DNA of 64,000 nucleotides from Limisphaerales bacterium. GTDB lineage: Bacteria > Verrucomicrobiota > Verrucomicrobiia > Limisphaerales > JAJOIW01. The DNA lies in the NCBI GenBank assembly GCA_965657355.1, contig CBFHOE010000005.1, positions 1-64,000 on the forward strand. Direction: 5' to 3'. The notes below the pieces were generated by a model. That model was not told the DNA's origin, did not search any database, and saw only the letters and a list, made by a program, of their open reading frames with translations. Each line of letters begins with the position of its first letter. Within the stretch, counting starts at the first letter, position 1. Below, piece by piece: positions 61,101-64,000 of this stretch. A program made the position numbers and the translations under genes.

Positions 61101-62129
61101 AGCCTGTCTGGCTTCTTCATATCCGATGAGGCCGATAATCTAAGAAAATGGGCTTTCCCGGATCAGGCTGGAATTGAACCAAATGGATTTGGTGCAGTTA
61201 TTTTTGGGGGGCAAGGAACAACACTCCCATCCTCCTGGACAGTGCCATTTGAAATTTCAAAAGAAAGCCCAGCTGTGTATCTCTCGCGAGAATCCAGCAA
61301 CCGAACCGTCGTTGTTGACTATATCGACTTCAGTAAAATTACCGGTGGAAGATCTATAGGATCCTTCCCCGATGGAGACCCCACCAGCAGAATGATGATG
61401 GTGGCCCCAACACCTTTAGAACCAAACAATATATCCTCTCCTGAGGTAAAAATATTCTTCACGGAATGGATGGCTAATAATACTAATACTTTTGTTGATC
61501 CGGCAGACAATCAATTCCCAGATTGGTTCGAGATTTATAACGCAGGGTCATCCAGAGTCGATATCTCAGGCTTTTATTTAACTGATAAAGAAAGTGCATT
61601 GAGGAAATTCAAAATACCAGACGGTACGATTATCGACGCTAAATCCTACATGCTGTTTATTGCTGATTCAGAGCCAGAGCAAACCATTCCCGGCGGCTTC
61701 ATTCATACCAACTTCAGGCTCAGTAGCACAAATGGTGAATCTCTCATTTTGTCCAACCCCAGTATGATTGTTATTGACCGGGTAGATTTCCCATCAATGC
61801 AAGCAGATGTCAGCTTTGGTAGAGAAAACGCAGAAGAGAATTCATCGATCATATTACTTCCAAAGGCTACGCCTGGATCCGCAAATGATGGGTCGGACGC
61901 CCCTGGGGAGAGGCCAGAGCTGAATATTAGTGAATCAGATTCCCCAGGCCGTATTGACATTTCTTGGGATTCTGAGACTGGAGTTATATATCAAATTTTA
62001 GCCTCTCCGAGCATAACAAATCCATCCTGGTCCGTAATTGAAAGCGTTACCGGGGACGGATCTACCGTTAGTAAATCCATAGAAGCCAATGAGGCAACCA
62101 GCTTCTTCATATTAAAATCGTCCGAGTAA
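55176..62129 (+). CDS. Giant secreted PA14 + Ig + multiple lamin-tail (LTD) + CotH-kinase-family protein
   Basis: Signal peptide, PA14 (DNYGQRVRGY..PVTGNYTFWISGDD), Ig domain, six LTD starts (IISEF, VINEV, VINEI, VINEI, WLNEL, FFTEW), CotH-like core (YRGS, GDWDGY...KN, WDLDFSLG). Confidence 0.85.
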   Translation: MLKKFIFGVTVYSILLGSAGIVFGQSSGLGLLREVFNGTAGQTLPGLTSNPKYPDNPDIQELWTKGFKMPVDIADNYGQRVRGYVKPPVTGNYTFWISGDDQCALYLSQDDDPGKAEQIASVPGWTSVEQWDKYPDQKSEVIRLEKGNRYYIEALMIENGGGDSLTVRWQKPGNAFESPIPNTSLEPFVPAPPSITSHPKNLSVTEGSPAVFKIEGTRLGFASIAWYVDENIVQGATGPELTIPETALSLNGKDVFVELSLPGGEKIKSERAKLTVFPDNTPPEISLVSTQGSLESLSLTFTEPISEATATNTGNYSVDQGIQVLAAKLLENRKTVALSLSPMDPGVTYTISVKGISDVSANGNVMIGSKHIIGFDFEALERSNIIGKPESIGPSSRISGLIISEFLYSSPEREDGKSLEFVEIFNTEPWGLDLDGYRISGEIDFLFPSGSTIGGRSYLVVAKDPAAIESVYGIKNVYGPWQGSLGDGGGRLRLRNTIDGLVQDIQYSDNFPWPTAADGTGHSLAMARPSFGENDARAWRISQEIWGRPGKAENFETREDDNIVINEVLINSKDPEPDFIELYNYSNSSVDLSGYIITDNPGSNKYVIPDGMRIGPKGFLSFDESELGFAVNSRGEAIYFISPDRVRVIDAFRFRGQPQSVSYGRFPDGSDYWTQLSQLSNGSPNTGPRVGTIVINEIMYNPISRRNQDEYLELHNRSGEPVDISNWRIRGDISFTFPSNTTIEGNSFVVIAENRDYLIQKYAALSQQNTFGNFNRTLSNSSGSLRLLKPAPKFISGPDGQQIEQTIYVIEDEVTFQEDGEWPTDPDGRGSSLELVNPGVDNAVGANWAASKESDKSEWKEYSWTGRLDNGALPGGSPRHEIQIMLLGAGECLIDDVKVSQNSEVNLVTNPSFERQTASWVIQGNHVKSTASERGQASSGNYSLHLRASSGGDNGANRIETDLTRNLTINQEATISAKVKWLRGSENLLLRLLGNYGELSAKLELPKELGSPGQVNSTRAENTPPSITHVSHSPILPRSNQNVTIQAQVKDSDQISRLVVNYRVFPAKTYKSVSMDYRGAGIYTAEIPRQANGRRVGFHIEAIDGHASELSSHFPGPGLEDNGIIRFGSTNQGGSFGNYHIWIGEENLTTWKSRAKLSNELLPVTFVYGNERVVYSALGRYRGSPFIRPGYSNPDNGSAMGMIYRFPSSNSFLGSDKINLDGLEPGRDDTSQREKTSFWIGEQLGVSYSYQRYIRLFVNGTRKSDIYTDSMQPDSDYIERWYPNETDGDLYKIDDWFEFNDGSNPGRGLNRNARLTPYTTSGGALKKTAYRWMWEKKPNGGYNDDYASLLELVRTMNTVGPAYTTAVEQSVDVDQWMRVFATRHIVGDWDGYGYNRGKNQSAYKPEGGKWKMLLWDLDFSLGGGSDNPVTSMFNVNDPTIGTFYRHPPFERAYLRAWQDAVDGPLNPSNVRAQTQKVYNGLRANGVQVASPGNMQSWINQRRNYLISQLNPFKTDLSVTTNSGKDFNSDDNIIELRGRAPVKIKDLLFNGIPLNVEWINETAWKTMIPLRPGQNQIAITGRDSYGNLIEDQADLIRIDYAGTPVNPADFLVINEINYNSGGNGLSFIELFNNSPDHTFDLGGMRLNGIGYTFDPGSIIAPEGFVVLASDPASLSTELDAGVIIFDEFRGGLDNDGETITLIAPGRNNGQDEIIDQVRYDEVFPWPTEANGQGPSLQLKNPDLDNRRPDNWFSSKGPSTPDKTETVMRYSHNWKFNQSGNNLGTSWKETGFNDSRWQNGPGLLYVENSGLPEPKRTPLTRGPITFYFRTTVDIADPSGSNFVFNTILDDGAIIYINGKEISRIGMPRGNISASTTASRTIGNASVEGPFSIPSSTFKQGTNVIAVEVHQTNANSSDIVWGMEIQNRIPGTRPYSPGKPNFGAPAANELPDIWLNELYLGIDEDSWLEIYNSGDSNQSLSGFFISDEADNLRKWAFPDQAGIEPNGFGAVIFGGQGTTLPSSWTVPFEISKESPAVYLSRESSNRTVVVDYIDFSKITGGRSIGSFPDGDPTSRMMMVAPTPLEPNNISSPEVKIFFTEWMANNTNTFVDPADNQFPDWFEIYNAGSSRVDISGFYLTDKESALRKFKIPDGTIIDAKSYMLFIADSEPEQTIPGGFIHTNFRLSSTNGESLILSNPSMIVIDRVDFPSMQADVSFGRENAEENSSIILLPKATPGSANDGSDAPGERPELNISESDSPGRIDISWDSETGVIYQILASPSITNPSWSVIESVTGDGSTVSKSIEANEATSFFILKSSE

Positions 62130-62191
62130 CTGAAAAATTAGCGCGCTTTTTGGAAAGATACAAAGGTTTCGACCAATTTGGGGAAAGATGA

Positions 62192-63727
62192 CTACTTTGA
62201 CTTAACCAAAATGGCTGTCATGTCATCAGCTTGGGCCAAAGATTCCCGGAAAAAACTAGCAGCTTGAAGTAACCCAGCAAGGCTTTCTTCAGCGGAAAGA
62301 TCACAGGCGTATTTTAGCCAAGCTTTAATTCGTTGTGTGCCGAAAAATTTTCCTGATTCGGATTGTGTTTCATCAATACCATCAGAAAAGATAAGAAAGC
62401 CATGTCCTGGCTCAAGTTTTGTAACTGGAGAATCTTTGTAGGGTGTTTCTGGGTCAATGCCTAATGGAGACCCAGATAGCTGAAGCTCTGTCACTATTTC
62501 CCCGGAATGGTCCAAGATCATACCGGGTGGGTGGCCTGCGTTGACATAGACAATCTCACTTGCGGCTGGATTAATGCAAACAATCAAGGCCGTGATATAT
62601 CTTTCGAAGTCAAGGTCATCGACGAGTATTTTATTTGCTTTTGTCAGAATCTCGGCTGGTGAGTGACTCTCTCGTGCTAAAAGACGAATGTAGGCGCGCG
62701 TTTCCGCTGTGAGCATGGCGGGCCCCACACCATGCCCTGTCACATCAGCGACTATAAAGCCAATGTTTCCGTCCTGCATTTGAAGGTAATCAAAATAGTC
62801 TCCTCCTGCCATGAGCGCTGGAACTGAAGTTCCTGCAATGTCAAAACCAGGGATAGAAGGTGGATGTTTTGGGAAAAGGCGTTGTTGGATTTCGCGTGCT
62901 GCCAGGAACTGTTCTTGATTATCTTTGAGCTCTTTTTCTGCTTTTTTGCGAGAGGTTATGTCCCGAATAAAAGCAGCGTGAAAAGGTCGACCACCAATTT
63001 CAAATTTATTAAATGAGATTTCAATGACGATATATGAATTATCAACTTTCTTTCCGACCGTTTCATGGGCTACCCGGTCAAAAGTAAAATTAGATGTGTC
63101 ATTCATTAGTCCTAGGTCGCCAATATCGACATTTTCAGATAATTTGTTGGGAAGGATTAATGAAATATTTTTCCCGACAATTTCATCTCTAGAGTATCCG
63201 AAAACCCGTTCCACTGCTGGGTTAGCTAGTTGTATGATACTTTCTTGATCAGTAAGTATGATAGCATCCTTAGAGTTCTCCAGAATAAGGCGAGAAAGCC
63301 GCTCACTTCTTCTTAAGGCTTCTTCTGCTTTTCTGGCAGTTTTTCTATTTCTTGCCTCGCGAATCTCCCGTTCGACTGCTGGAACAAGTCGAGCAAGGTG
63401 ACCTTTCATGAGGTAATCATTTGCTCCAGCTTTCATGGCTTCAACAGCCGTATCCTCACCAATTCCACCAGATATGATAATGAAAGGGATATCCAGTTTA
63501 GTTTTTTGCAAAAGCTTTAAAGCATCTGGGGCATGAAAACCAGGAAGATTGTAATCAGCTAAAATGATATCCCAATTCTTGGAATCGATAGCACTCTGGA
63601 AACTTTCTAAAGTTTCGACTCTGACAACATCAGATTTGTAACCGCCTTTGCGCAAGATATTTTCCAGGACAACTGCATCAAACTCAGAATCTTCTAGGAT
63701 TAAAACTTTGATTTGATTGTCTTCCAT
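62192..63727 (-). CDS. REC-PAS-PP2C (SpoIIE/RsbU-type) phosphatase
   Basis: Receiver (ILEDS, LADYNLP, GANDYLMK), PAS (ANPAVERVFGY..EIVGKN..FIRDIT), PP2C (GGDYFD, ADVTGHG, NAGHPP, SDG, DDMT). Confidence 0.92.
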   Translation of the reverse strand: MEDNQIKVLILEDSEFDAVVLENILRKGGYKSDVVRVETLESFQSAIDSKNWDIILADYNLPGFHAPDALKLLQKTKLDIPFIIISGGIGEDTAVEAMKAGANDYLMKGHLARLVPAVEREIREARNRKTARKAEEALRRSERLSRLILENSKDAIILTDQESIIQLANPAVERVFGYSRDEIVGKNISLILPNKLSENVDIGDLGLMNDTSNFTFDRVAHETVGKKVDNSYIVIEISFNKFEIGGRPFHAAFIRDITSRKKAEKELKDNQEQFLAAREIQQRLFPKHPPSIPGFDIAGTSVPALMAGGDYFDYLQMQDGNIGFIVADVTGHGVGPAMLTAETRAYIRLLARESHSPAEILTKANKILVDDLDFERYITALIVCINPAASEIVYVNAGHPPGMILDHSGEIVTELQLSGSPLGIDPETPYKDSPVTKLEPGHGFLIFSDGIDETQSESGKFFGTQRIKAWLKYACDLSAEESLAGLLQAASFFRESLAQADDMTAILVKSK

Positions 63728-63757
63728 AATCCTACGGGCTTTGGGGGAAAGATTTGA

Positions 63758-64000
63758 TTATTTCTTAGCTTTTGACCAACTATCTCTCAGGGCAACGCTT
63801 CTATTAAAAACTAGTTTATCTGGTTTTGAAAATTTAGAATCTTCCACAAAATAACCAGTTCTCTCGAATTGGTAATATTTTTCTTTAGCGTTATTTTTTA
63901 ATGAAGGTTCTCCAATTGCAGACTTTTTGATACTCAGAGAATCGGGATTAAGGTCATCTATAAAAGTATGATTTTCTTCAGGCCTGTCTTCAGGTGTTTC
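63758..64000 (-). CDS. glnS: Glutamine--tRNA ligase, C-terminal fragment (gene continues beyond the window)
   Basis: Hand translation: ...[10 protein letters not shown]...EPSL...[12 protein letters not shown]...[18 protein letters not shown], the GlnRS anticodon-binding C-terminus. Not in the ORF track. Confidence 0.9.
   Translation of the reverse strand, partial: ETPEDRPEENHTFIDDLNPDSLSIKKSAIGEPSLKNNAKEKYYQFERTGYFVEDSKFSKPDKLVFNRSVALRDSWSKAKK

Noticed and set aside
51811..62129. Functional link between PPDK (ATP/PEP) and the adjacent exported CotH kinase
   Set aside because: The genes are separated by a strong terminator and the products are in different compartments, leaving adjacency as the only link.
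1..64000. tRNA, rRNA or riboswitch candidates
   Set aside because: No cloverleaf, rRNA signature or recognisable riboswitch was seen by eye. An Infernal/tRNAscan run would be needed to exclude them formally.

Overview
Gene-dense bacterial chromosome segment of moderate-to-low GC. The gene content (H-X9-DG prepilin-like genes, planctomycete-type cytochrome c/WD40 protein, DUF1080, giant LTD/CotH protein) suggests the PVC superphylum, probably Verrucomicrobiota; this is an inference. The left ~30 kb is mostly housekeeping: a RAYT-like transposase fragment, an unannotated 33-aa bS22-like gene, hisG, purN, oppABCDF with an M3 oligopeptidase, polyprenyl synthase with an ECF sigma/anti-sigma pair, ruvB, nadA, a metal ABC transporter, metG, and a FecR protein with a CHASE2 adenylate cyclase. 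The main candidate for an undescribed system is a co-oriented ~21 kb minus-strand block (30678-51607). It holds two copies of a three-gene cassette [H-X9-DG prepilin-like protein, small membrane/lipoprotein, giant secreted protein]. The two giant proteins carry 8 copies in total of a Trp/Asp-rich ~212-aa domain. The block also has an octaheme cytochrome c, a DUF5690-like transporter and the phnW-phnA-phnY aminoethylphosphonate pathway, with Pho-box-like repeats upstream of several units. To the right lie a PPDK fused in frame to a 130-aa histone-H1-like Lys/Ala tail, a 2317-aa PA14/LTD/CotH protein, a REC-PAS-PP2C regulator and the 3' end of glnS. I recognised no rRNA, tRNA or CRISPR array. 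All family assignments come from motif recognition by eye; no searches were run.
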